From: a virus | Lineage: Duplodnaviria > Caudoviricetes | IMG/VR virus record: IMGVR_UViG_3300037423_002135 | Span: 1-26,109 of that record | Strand: one strand, 5' to 3' | Length of the DNA: 26,109 bases | Part shown: piece after piece, positions 9,254-17,375 of the stretch | Layout of the letters: the number at the start of each line of letters is the position of its first letter | How positions within the stretch are numbered: the stretch's first letter is position 1 | Translations under genes and position numbers: made by a program | Notes under the pieces: generated by a model | The model's database searches: none | The model's input: the letters and a program-made list of their open reading frames with translations, nothing else | What the model was told of the DNA's origin: nothing

Positions 9254-11452
9254 CTAACCGATCTTGGCGTCCGCAACCGCGTGGGTGCGCGAGTCCTGGT
9301 TTATCCGGCTCAGCTGGTTGAAGCCGACCGCCGCCTCGATGTCCGGCTTCGATTCTTCCTTCTTCTTCGGCTTCACCAGCGCCTTGGTCACTTCCAGGTT
9401 CTGGTTGCCGGTGCTCTGCGCCGTCTGTTTCTCGATCTCGCGGGCGTGGGTGGTGCCGGTCTCCTGCTCCACCGTGTCGAGCGCCGTCTGCTCGGCGTCG
9501 GTGTGCGCCTGCAGGGTCTTGGCCTGGTTCAGCTGCACCTCGCTCTGCAGCTTGGCGATCTCCAGCTGCAGTTTCTGGACCTCCAGCTGCTGCAGCTGCG
9601 CGGCCACCGGATCCGGCTGCGGCTGGTAGGCGAGGATCTGGTGACGCAGCTCCGGCATCCGCTTCAGCCGGGCGATCTCGGCCAGGATCATCTTGGTGAT
9701 GTCCCAGTTCACCGTCGGCCCCAGGGTCTGCAGCATGAAGGCCAGGTCCTGGGACTTGTTGGAGTCGATCTCGGCGGTCGAGATGTCGACCACCAGGTTG
9801 AACTCCCCGGCCAGCTCCTCGCGCGACACCTGGACGTACTGTTCCTTGGTGACCTGCACGGTCTCCTGGTCGGACAGGAACACCGCGTTCATGGCCACGA
9901 TCTTGCGGCCGATTTCCACCAGGCCGTTGGCCAGACGGCGCAGGATGGCCATCTCGCGCTTGGCGGCGGCGTCCAGCACGCCGCGGATGCCCGCCGCCAC
10001 CTGGCCGTAGGATTCCCCCGACAGGCCGCCGGAGAACGCCTTCACCCCGGTCAGCGCCTCGGCCTCCTCGTTCTGCAGCTGCAGCATGAGCATGGCCGAC
10101 TGCGGGATCTCGGGGAACTTGTGCTCGATCAGCCCCTGCTGCGGCGGCAGGTTGGGGTTGAACTCGTAGTCCTGTCCGGCCTCGTAGCGCCGCTTGTTGA
10201 CGACGTCGAGCATCCCCTTGGCGAAGCCCTGCTGGCCGTTGGCCGAGCGCCCCAGCAGGTCGATCATGCCGCGGCTCACCGCTCCGAGGATCTTCTGGTT
10301 GTCCTCCAGCAGCTCGGCGTCCGGCTCGCCCATCAGCTCGCGCTTCAGCGGCATGTAGGGAACCACCACGAACGGCGGCTTGCCGTCCGGGAACGGGTTC
10401 TCCTCCAACCGGATCAGCGTGTCGCCGATCCAGGTGGCGACGATGGGGACCAGCTTCCCGTCGCCGTTGACGTCCCACAGGCCCCAGTATTCGTAGGCCA
10501 CCACCCGCTTGCGGGTCTTGTCCATGAAGTTGAAGTTGGTGTCGGTCGAGGTCGCCGCATGGTGCGGCTCGGTGGCCGGGGAGGAGCCCTCCCAGTTGAC
10601 GAACTCCAGGTTCTTGTAGCGGTCCTTCTCCTTCAGCAGCTCGCCGCGGGAGGTCTCGAACGAGACGACGCAGAAGCGGGCCTTGTCGAAGTCCGAGCCG
10701 CAGGACGGGTCGGCGTAGAAGTTGGCCGGATTGACGAACCCGACGGTCGGCCGGTTGTCGATGACCTTCTCGACCTTGACCTTCTGGACGCCGGTCTGCG
10801 TCGCCACCGACGGTTTGCCGGTCTCGTGGAAGAAGCCCACCGCCTGGTGCAGGGCCGGATCGCCGCGCTCCACCTGTTCGGCGTAGGCGTCCGGGTCGGT
10901 CTGCTGCAGCATGACCGCCTGATCCAGGCGCTGGACGTGCTCTGGCAGCGTCGGCTCGACGTGGGTCCACACCGGCGCGTCCTGGGTCTCGACGCTGGTG
11001 TAGCGGCACCAGCCGGGCCGGACGATGCAGGTGCCCTCGTCGACGGTGGTGCGCACGTATTCGTCGATGAACTTCACCCGGTTGATCTTGGTGCGGAACT
11101 GCCAGTTCAGCAGCAGCTCGTTCTGGCGGGCGGCGTCGCCGTCCTGCCAGGTGACGGGCTGCACGTCGAACAGCCGTTCCGAGGAGTTGAACGGCTCGGT
11201 CAGCGCCGAATAGCGCCATTCCGCCTGACGGCGGATCAGCTTCGGCTGCACCGACGAACGGCCCTTGACCTTGGCGGGCTTGGCGCTGCCCTCGACCTTC
11301 AGCAGGTTGTTCCAGCGGGTCACCTTGCCGACGTGGGCGTCGTGCGCCGGACGGGCGTTCTCAAGGTCCTGCTTGAGCGCCCCGGCGGTCGGCTCGTTGG
11401 CCCACTTGGTCAGCTTCGGAGCCATGGCCCCATTGGCCGGAACGCCGTTCAT
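9254..11452 (-). CDS. Portal protein (N4 gp59-like)
   Basis: KGRSSVQPKLIRRQAEWRYSALTEPF, ELLEDNQKILGAVSRGMIDLLGRSANGQ and EAEALTGVKAFSGG motifs. The ATG at 11452 preceded by AAGGG is preferred over the track start at 11509, which overlaps the holin. Confidence 0.92.
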   Translation of the reverse strand: MNGVPANGAMAPKLTKWANEPTAGALKQDLENARPAHDAHVGKVTRWNNLLKVEGSAKPAKVKGRSSVQPKLIRRQAEWRYSALTEPFNSSERLFDVQPVTWQDGDAARQNELLLNWQFRTKINRVKFIDEYVRTTVDEGTCIVRPGWCRYTSVETQDAPVWTHVEPTLPEHVQRLDQAVMLQQTDPDAYAEQVERGDPALHQAVGFFHETGKPSVATQTGVQKVKVEKVIDNRPTVGFVNPANFYADPSCGSDFDKARFCVVSFETSRGELLKEKDRYKNLEFVNWEGSSPATEPHHAATSTDTNFNFMDKTRKRVVAYEYWGLWDVNGDGKLVPIVATWIGDTLIRLEENPFPDGKPPFVVVPYMPLKRELMGEPDAELLEDNQKILGAVSRGMIDLLGRSANGQQGFAKGMLDVVNKRRYEAGQDYEFNPNLPPQQGLIEHKFPEIPQSAMLMLQLQNEEAEALTGVKAFSGGLSGESYGQVAAGIRGVLDAAAKREMAILRRLANGLVEIGRKIVAMNAVFLSDQETVQVTKEQYVQVSREELAGEFNLVVDISTAEIDSNKSQDLAFMLQTLGPTVNWDITKMILAEIARLKRMPELRHQILAYQPQPDPVAAQLQQLEVQKLQLEIAKLQSEVQLNQAKTLQAHTDAEQTALDTVEQETGTTHAREIEKQTAQSTGNQNLEVTKALVKPKKKEESKPDIEAAVGFNQLSRINQDSRTHAVADAKIG

Positions 11453-11489
11453 AATCAATTCGCCCTTATCTAGATAATCAGAAATAGCC

Positions 11490-11903
11490 TTACTTCTTGA
11501 ATTTCTCAACGGTGCGGTACGCCCCGAGCCCGAGCATTCCGAACAGCAGGGTCATCAAGGACGTGACGTCGAGCTCCGGCGGCAGGCTGGTCCAGTGCAA
11601 CCAGTTGACCAGGGCCCATCCGGCCAGCGGCCGCAGCAGCATCTGATAGGCCAGAGCCGAGACGCAGACCCAGCCCGCCGCCGGACGCCAGCCGGACTTG
11701 AAGACGTTCTCGCTCTGCGCCTCCACCGCGTTGACCTGGATCTGGGCTTTGGCCAGATCGGTGTCGGCAGTCAGCTGAGCCAGTTCGCCGGACTGGGCCA
11801 GTTTGGCCAGCTCGATCTGGGCGTCGAGCCGCTTCTGCGGATCGGGAATCACCCGTTCCAGCACCTTGGTCCCAAAGTCGAAGATCGCGCCGATGTCAAA
11901 CAT
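11490..11903 (-). CDS. Holin of the 3TM (GTA-holin-like) family
   Basis: 137 aa; amphipathic N-terminal helix; QIQVNAVEAQS..FKSGWRPAAGW and LLFGMLGLGAYRTVEK motifs; overlaps the endolysin stop. Confidence 0.8.
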   Translation of the reverse strand: MFDIGAIFDFGTKVLERVIPDPQKRLDAQIELAKLAQSGELAQLTADTDLAKAQIQVNAVEAQSENVFKSGWRPAAGWVCVSALAYQMLLRPLAGWALVNWLHWTSLPPELDVTSLMTLLFGMLGLGAYRTVEKFKK

Positions 11904-12507
11904 AACCGCCCCCCAGATTTCTTAGAAAATGCTTGGCCCGAGTCAGGCAGTCGAGCCGGTCGGCGAGACCGTTGTAGCCGCCGTTGATCCGGTAGGTGAC
12001 GCCGCGGCAGTCGTCCTGGTCGGCGAAGGTGTTCAGGCCGTGGCGGCTCCAGAACAGCCCGGCCACCCGCGCCGAGACCTCGGGTTTCACCGCCTGGCCG
12101 GGGTCGCCCAGCAGGTCCAGGCCCAGCCGCTCGCCGTAGTCGCGGTAGTTGGCCTTGCCAGTCAGCTGGAAGATTCCCCGGCCGCGGTACTTCTCGCCGT
12201 CGCCGGGAGCCGCGTTGCCGAGGTCGCCCCGGCGGTCGTACTTCTGCAGGTAGTCGTCGAACGGGTCGGCGTCCGGCCCGTCGCCGCTGCCTTTCTCGGT
12301 GAAACAGGAAAATCCCGCGGTCTCGTGACAGGCCTGGGCCAGAAAGTGGGCCAGGCGGCGCGGACTGGCCAGCACCCCGTAGTCCGGCAGCCAGCGGTTC
12401 AGCGCCGCCGACAAGGGCCGGTCGACCAGGTTGGACACCGGCTTTCCGGCCACGGCCTCCAGCAGGGCGGGCGTGACCTGAACCAGATCGGGAACCAGGT
12501 CAGCCAT
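11896..12507 (-). CDS. Endolysin, glycoside hydrolase family 19
   Basis: AHFLAQACHETAGF, DGEKYRGRGIFQLTGKANY and TYRINGGYNGLADR are GH19 motifs; no signal or SAR segment is visible. Confidence 0.9.
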   Translation of the reverse strand: MADLVPDLVQVTPALLEAVAGKPVSNLVDRPLSAALNRWLPDYGVLASPRRLAHFLAQACHETAGFSCFTEKGSGDGPDADPFDDYLQKYDRRGDLGNAAPGDGEKYRGRGIFQLTGKANYRDYGERLGLDLLGDPGQAVKPEVSARVAGLFWSRHGLNTFADQDDCRGVTYRINGGYNGLADRLDCLTRAKHFLRNLGGGYV

Positions 12508-12775
12508 GACGCACCAGCGAATCCCGCACCGAGGTCTCCAGCGACTGCACCCGCTGCAGCATGGAGTTCTTGAATTCGGTGAGGGTGGCGTTGAGCGCCG
12601 CCAGCTCGGTCTTGCAGTCGCTCTCCGGCCGGGACTTCAGCTGGTCGACCTCGGACTTCAGCGAGCCCATGAAGAAGGCGGTCTTCACCACATGGACCAG
12701 GAGGCCGACGGCGGTGCCCATCGCGGTCAGGCCGACGGTGATGATCCCGATCCAGAGTGCAGGCGTCACGGTCAC
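12500..12775 (-). CDS. Small membrane protein of the lysis cassette (N-terminal TM helix plus helical tail)
   Basis: 91 aa; GTG start after GGGGGAG; hydrophobic residues ~6-29; overlaps the endolysin start. Confidence 0.7.
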   Translation of the reverse strand: MTVTPALWIGIITVGLTAMGTAVGLLVHVVKTAFFMGSLKSEVDQLKSRPESDCKTELAALNATLTEFKNSMLQRVQSLETSVRDSLVRHG

Positions 12776-12800
12776 TGGTAATCTCCCCCAGACTTTCTAG

Positions 12801-12837
12801 AAAAAATCAGGGGGTAAACTTCTGCGCAACCCCCTGA
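12801..12837 (-). terminator. Rho-independent terminator between the tail-fibre genes and the lysis cassette
   Basis: Minus strand TCAGGGGGT-tgcgcagaagttt-ACCCCCTGA-TTTTTT: perfect 9-bp stem plus U-tract. Confidence 0.75.
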
Positions 12838-12876
12838 CCGTTTCTAGCTTCAGTTTCAGACGCCGGTCTACCCAGA

Positions 12877-13743
12877 TTATCCGAAATCCCCCATCAGCAC
12901 CCACTCGTCGGTCCCGATTTTCAGGATTGATAATGTTGAAAATTGTCTGCGGGTTTTCGGATTAACATCCGAGGGGTAGCGCAGGACCACTCCGGCCCCG
13001 GCGGCGACGGTCACCTGGCCCGCGCCGTACTGCACGACGGTCAGCGTGCTGCCGATCCCGAACGCCACGCTGGAGTTGGGCGGCACGGTGAAGGTCGCCG
13101 CCGAGGCCTTGTTCATCGACACGACGCTGTTCATGTCGGCCAGGACGGCGGTGTAGTCGTTGGTCTGGGTCGCCACCGTCGGCGGCAGCAGCAGCTGCAC
13201 GTAGGTCCCCGGCCAGACGCCGCCCGCCTTGGGGCCGTACAGCCGCTTGGCCGCGGTGTCGAGGTAGAAGTCGCCGTTGACCCCGACCCCCACCCCGGGC
13301 GAGCCCGCGCCGTTGAGCAGGGTGTTGCCGTTGGTCCCGTTGGTGCCGTTCGAGCCCGGCGCGCCGGGAGTTCCGGCCACGCCCTGGGCCCCGGTGTCGC
13401 CCTTGGTGCCGGGCGCGCCCGCCGGGCCGACCGGACCGGCCGGACCGATCACCACCCCGGCGTCGTACACCCGGCCGCTGGCCAGGGTGATGATCAGGTG
13501 GCCGGAGCCGTCGATCTCCACGGTGTCGATGGCGTTGACCAGGATGTCGCTCTCGGTCAGATCGATGCCGATGTTCGATCGCGCCCGCTGCTTCTGGATC
13601 CCGTCCAGCGCCTGGGTGACGTCGAAGCGGACGATGCCGTACGGCCAGTCGCGCACCCGGCGGGAGGAGTGGTCGGGGATGTCGTGGCCGGAGACGTCCT
13701 CGATCGGAACGTAGCCGGACATCGGATCGGTGGGGTCGGTCAT
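12877..13743 (-). CDS. Collagen-repeat tail/head fibre protein
   Basis: 288 aa; fibre motif VRFDVTQALDGIQKQRARSNIG; 14 Gly-X-Y triplets; GVNGDFYLDT...LYGPK module; C-terminal beta domain ending IGTDEWVLMGD. Confidence 0.8.
   Translation of the reverse strand: MTDPTDPMSGYVPIEDVSGHDIPDHSSRRVRDWPYGIVRFDVTQALDGIQKQRARSNIGIDLTESDILVNAIDTVEIDGSGHLIITLASGRVYDAGVVIGPAGPVGPAGAPGTKGDTGAQGVAGTPGAPGSNGTNGTNGNTLLNGAGSPGVGVGVNGDFYLDTAAKRLYGPKAGGVWPGTYVQLLLPPTVATQTNDYTAVLADMNSVVSMNKASAATFTVPPNSSVAFGIGSTLTVVQYGAGQVTVAAGAGVVLRYPSDVNPKTRRQFSTLSILKIGTDEWVLMGDFG
13321..13446 (-). repeat. Collagen-like (Gly-X-Y)14 coding repeat
   Basis: GPA GPV GPA GAP GTK GDT GAQ GVA GTP GAP GSN GTN GTN GNT. Confidence 0.9.
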
Positions 13744-13770
13744 GGCGGGAATCCTCGTGCTTGGAAGCGG

Positions 13771-14106
13771 TTAAGCGAACAGCCCCGCCAGCGCCGCCTG
13801 TAGGGCGGCGAGGTCGCCCGCCGCGGCGATCGCGGTCTTGACCGAGTCCGGGACGGTGCCGGTCAGTCTCCCGGTCGGATCCACCGCCCACAGTTCGGGG
13901 TCGACCAGCGTGTCCAGATGGGCGGCCACCGCGTCGACCGCGTCGATGCTGCTCGCCACCCGATACACCTGGGCCAGATTGGCCGAGACGTGCTTGATCG
14001 GATCCAGGTTGCTGGCGACCTGCCGGACCACATCGTAGGCCGAACCGACCGTCTGGTCGACGACCAGGTCCGGATTGGTTTCCTCGAAAATGTTCTGCAG
14101 GCCCAT
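13771..14106 (-). CDS. Mini-paralog of the adjacent tailspike (N-terminal segment fused directly to C-terminal segment)
   Basis: 111 aa, intact, with GGGGGA upstream of the start. Manual alignment gives 28/42 identities to the tailspike N-terminus and 22/40 to its extreme C-terminus. Confidence 0.8.
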   Translation of the reverse strand: MGLQNIFEETNPDLVVDQTVGSAYDVVRQVASNLDPIKHVSANLAQVYRVASSIDAVDAVAAHLDTLVDPELWAVDPTGRLTGTVPDSVKTAIAAAGDLAALQAALAGLFA

Positions 14107-14134
14107 TAGATAATCCCCCGATTTTCGTAAAAAA

Positions 14135-16624
14135 TCACGCGAACAGGCCCGCTAGCGCGGTTTTCAGGGTCGTCACGTCGGTTGCGGCGGCGATGGCTGC
14201 CTTGGCCGTGGTGTTGTTCGACCCGGCCAGCTTGCCCGACGTGTCCACGTTCCACAGCGCCGAGCCGCCGTTGCCCTGCACTTCGAGCAGCGGCCCGGTG
14301 TAGCTCACCATCGCGCGGACGATGGACTTGCCCTGCTGCATCCGCGTGCCGAAGCTGCCGCTCGCCGACTGGGTGAAGGCGGTCAGGTCGCGGACGATGT
14401 TGTTCTGCTCCTGCGCCGTCGTGCAGTTGACGTAGCGGTTGTCCTCCAGGCACAGGTTCGCCGCCGCATTGCCGCTCGGCCAGGTGGTCGTGTCGGTGAT
14501 CAGGGTGGCGACGCTGTTGCCGCGCAGACCGAACGCCGCCGAAGTGAAGTCGGTGAAGACGTTGCGCGCCACGGTCAGATGGGTGACGTTGGCCTCCCAC
14601 TCCACCCCGGCCCGCGCCGACGCGCCGCCGGGACCGTGGAAGTGGTTCCCGATCACCGAGACGCCGTGGAAGTAGTTCTTGATCTGCACCCCGCGGCTGC
14701 CGAAGTTCTGGAACGTGTTGCCGGCGACCATGATCGGGCAGATGATGGTGTTCACCGTGTTGTTCCCGGGATCGCAGAGCACCCCCACCGAGCAGTCGGA
14801 GAACGTGTTGCCGACCACGTCCACGCGCCCGGGCTGGGTCGTGCGTTCCGCCGCCGGGGTCAGGTCGAGATCCTGGCTTATGTACAGCCCGTCCTGGAAG
14901 CCCCGGACGGAGTTGCCGGAGACCAGCCCGCCGTCCATGTAGTTCTGATGCAGGTAGATGCCGACGTCGCCGTAGCCGACGAGGTTGACGCCCTTGGTCG
15001 CCTGGATGTTGTTGTTGCAGATCTGCGCCTTGCGGCCCCGGCTGCGGATGCCGCGGTAGCAGCCCTCGACGAGGTTGCCGAGGAACGAGATCTGGTAGCT
15101 CATCGGGTGCGACGTCGCGCCGTCGTAGGAGTTGCGGCTGACGTTGTTCTCCCACGAGCAGGAGACGCACGGCGTGTTGGTCGCGCCGTTGATGTAGGTG
15201 AAGTCGACGCACTGGTAGCCGCCGTCCACGTAGTTGTGGTGCAGCTTCACGCCGTGGCAGCCCGCCAGGAAGAAGGTGTTCCGCCCCGAGCCGCCGGACA
15301 TGCCGGGCGTGAAGATCACGTTGTCGAAGCCGTGGCGCGAGGTCACGTTGCTGGAGACCTCGCAGTCCAGGCATTCGAGCAGCTGCACGCCGTAGCAGCT
15401 CTCGGTTCCGTACTGGAACGAACAGCCGGTGACGACGAACTTGCGCGCCCACTGGGCCTTGATCGTGAACGCGCCGACCGGCGGCGCGCCCTCGAAGCCG
15501 ATGTTGCGGACTGCCCCGAAGGCGGCGAACGCGACCTTGCGGACGGTGGAGCCGGTGTTCTGCGGGAACAGGCACCCGGCGTAGGTCTTGACCGAGGCGG
15601 CGTCCGGCACGGTGACGACCTTCAGGAAGTCGCCGAAATGGACGGGATTGCCCGTCGCGTCGTAGCCCAGTCGTTCGGCCCCCGCCGCCGAGGTCGCCGC
15701 GTCCGTCAGGCTGGTGACGTGCAGCCAGTCGTCCGTCGCCACCCCCGCCGAGGCGACGGCGAAGGTGTCCGAGCCGATGGCGGCGTCGGCCGTCAGCGTG
15801 CCGAGCGTGGTGGCCGCGCCCGCGTAGCTCACCGACGCGTTCAGCAACACGCTCGCGCCCTTGACGAACGCGACCAGCTCCTGGCCCGCATTTAGGGTGA
15901 GCGCGCCGTTGACGTTGTAGCGTCCGGGCGGGACCACGACCCGCGCCGCGCCGCTGGCCAGCGCGCTGGTGATCGCCGTCAGCGCCGAGGTGACGCCGTC
16001 CGGCTTGGCTCCGAACTGGCGGATGTTGACGTCGCCGGAGACGTCCAGGCCCCAGACCGCGCCGTCGGCGCTGGCGAACGTCACGACGGTGCCGCCGCGG
16101 ACGAACCGGCCGCCGCCGCCGTCGCCGAGCACCGCATAGCCGTCGACCTCGATCCAGTTCAGCAGCGGCGAGATCGTCGCCGCCGCCGCGGCGGCCCGGG
16201 TCGGATAGCGGCCGAGCCGGTCGGTCAGGTCGGTGATGTCGGCGTAGCCCAGCACCACATCGCCGGTGCGTCCGGCCACGCTCAGCACCGGGCCTTCGAC
16301 CAGCAGCGGGAGGTTGTCGGCCAGCGTGTCGAGGGTGTCCATGTTGGCGGCCAGCGCGTCGACGTTGTCGGCGCTGTCGTTGACCCGGGACACCTGGGCC
16401 AGGCTGGTCGAGACCCGCTCCACCACGTCGAGGTTCTCGACCACCGTGTCGACGTGTTCGAGATTGCTGATCACCGTGTCGAGCGTCTCGATGCTGGAGC
16501 TCACCCGGTACACCGATTCCAGATTGGCGGAGACGTGTTTCACCACGTCGATGTTCTGGGCGACGTTCTTCACCACGTCGTAAGAGCTGCCGATCATCTT
16601 GTCGACGACGCTGTCCCCGCTCAT
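14135..16624 (-). CDS. Tailspike / putative polysaccharide depolymerase (right-handed beta-helix, pectate-lyase-like)
   Basis: 829 aa; N-terminal heptad repeats; VLSVAGRTGDVVL linker; GYAVLGDGGGGRF; VNIRQFGAKPDG...VVVPPGRY beta-helix entry motif; many N-x-h/GI beta-helix rungs. Start overlaps the upstream stop (TGATG). Confidence 0.85.
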   Translation of the reverse strand: MSGDSVVDKMIGSSYDVVKNVAQNIDVVKHVSANLESVYRVSSSIETLDTVISNLEHVDTVVENLDVVERVSTSLAQVSRVNDSADNVDALAANMDTLDTLADNLPLLVEGPVLSVAGRTGDVVLGYADITDLTDRLGRYPTRAAAAAATISPLLNWIEVDGYAVLGDGGGGRFVRGGTVVTFASADGAVWGLDVSGDVNIRQFGAKPDGVTSALTAITSALASGAARVVVPPGRYNVNGALTLNAGQELVAFVKGASVLLNASVSYAGAATTLGTLTADAAIGSDTFAVASAGVATDDWLHVTSLTDAATSAAGAERLGYDATGNPVHFGDFLKVVTVPDAASVKTYAGCLFPQNTGSTVRKVAFAAFGAVRNIGFEGAPPVGAFTIKAQWARKFVVTGCSFQYGTESCYGVQLLECLDCEVSSNVTSRHGFDNVIFTPGMSGGSGRNTFFLAGCHGVKLHHNYVDGGYQCVDFTYINGATNTPCVSCSWENNVSRNSYDGATSHPMSYQISFLGNLVEGCYRGIRSRGRKAQICNNNIQATKGVNLVGYGDVGIYLHQNYMDGGLVSGNSVRGFQDGLYISQDLDLTPAAERTTQPGRVDVVGNTFSDCSVGVLCDPGNNTVNTIICPIMVAGNTFQNFGSRGVQIKNYFHGVSVIGNHFHGPGGASARAGVEWEANVTHLTVARNVFTDFTSAAFGLRGNSVATLITDTTTWPSGNAAANLCLEDNRYVNCTTAQEQNNIVRDLTAFTQSASGSFGTRMQQGKSIVRAMVSYTGPLLEVQGNGGSALWNVDTSGKLAGSNNTTAKAAIAAATDVTTLKTALAGLFA

Positions 16625-17355
16625 CAGACGAACCCCCGTTGTTCCAGCTTGGTCTGCGAAGTGTGGAAGGACTGGCTGACCAGATCCCGGTCCGCCACTT
16701 CCAGGCAGATCGCTTCGTAGGTCGCCATGTATTCCTGACCCTTTATCATATTTTCCTGACCGTTCATGTGGGAAAATACTTTGGAACCAATGAAGGAAGT
16801 CAGCGCGCCTTCCAGGGAAAACGGCAGCTGGATTTTCTGATTAAGCAGGTCGGCCGCGGTCTGGCCCTGGTCGGGGTCCGGGACCTCCTGCAGCACCCGA
16901 TGCCGCGCCTGGTAGACGATCCCCAGCGCCAAACCGTCGACCGGATTGGGCACCTGCAGGGTGTCGGGCTGCGGCGTGAACAGCGAGGCCGGGTCGGCCT
17001 GGTCGTTGAGCGGCTTGAGATTCCCGGAGGAATCCATCACCGACAGGATCTTGATCACGTCCTCCTCGAACGGCTCGTCGGGAAGGTCCTTGATGTAGGC
17101 GTGCGGTTCGGTGGAGCCGCTCATCTCGGCGAACTGCCGCCGCAGATGGTAGTGGGTGATCCCCTCGACCAGCTCGACGATCACGTCCTTCTCGCTGAGC
17201 ACGAAGCGGGAATACAGCCGCAATAATCCCTCGTTGGTATACTGGATAATCTGCGGCTGCTTTTCGGTGATAATCGCGCCGGAGCCGGAGCCGGAGAGCG
17301 ACAGGTTCGACAGCTCGCCGAAGGACAGCCTGCGGAACAGTTCGGAGAGGCGCAT
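16624..17355 (-). CDS. Virion structural protein (N4 gp67-like, adaptor position)
   Basis: MRLSELFRRLSFGELSNLSL...NEGLLRLYSRF...KLEQRGFV. The ATG at 17355 with a GAGG RBS is preferred over 17379. Lies directly downstream of the terminase, as in N4. Confidence 0.8.
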   Translation of the reverse strand: MRLSELFRRLSFGELSNLSLSGSGSGAIITEKQPQIIQYTNEGLLRLYSRFVLSEKDVIVELVEGITHYHLRRQFAEMSGSTEPHAYIKDLPDEPFEEDVIKILSVMDSSGNLKPLNDQADPASLFTPQPDTLQVPNPVDGLALGIVYQARHRVLQEVPDPDQGQTAADLLNQKIQLPFSLEGALTSFIGSKVFSHMNGQENMIKGQEYMATYEAICLEVADRDLVSQSFHTSQTKLEQRGFV

Positions 17356-17375
17356 CGGGAAACCTCGGACGATGA

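Noticed and set aside
13771-16624. Diversity-generating retroelement or invertible tail-fibre switch as the explanation for the tailspike duplication
   Set aside because: No reverse transcriptase or invertase is in the window, the copies are in direct orientation, and the differences do not look adenine-specific.
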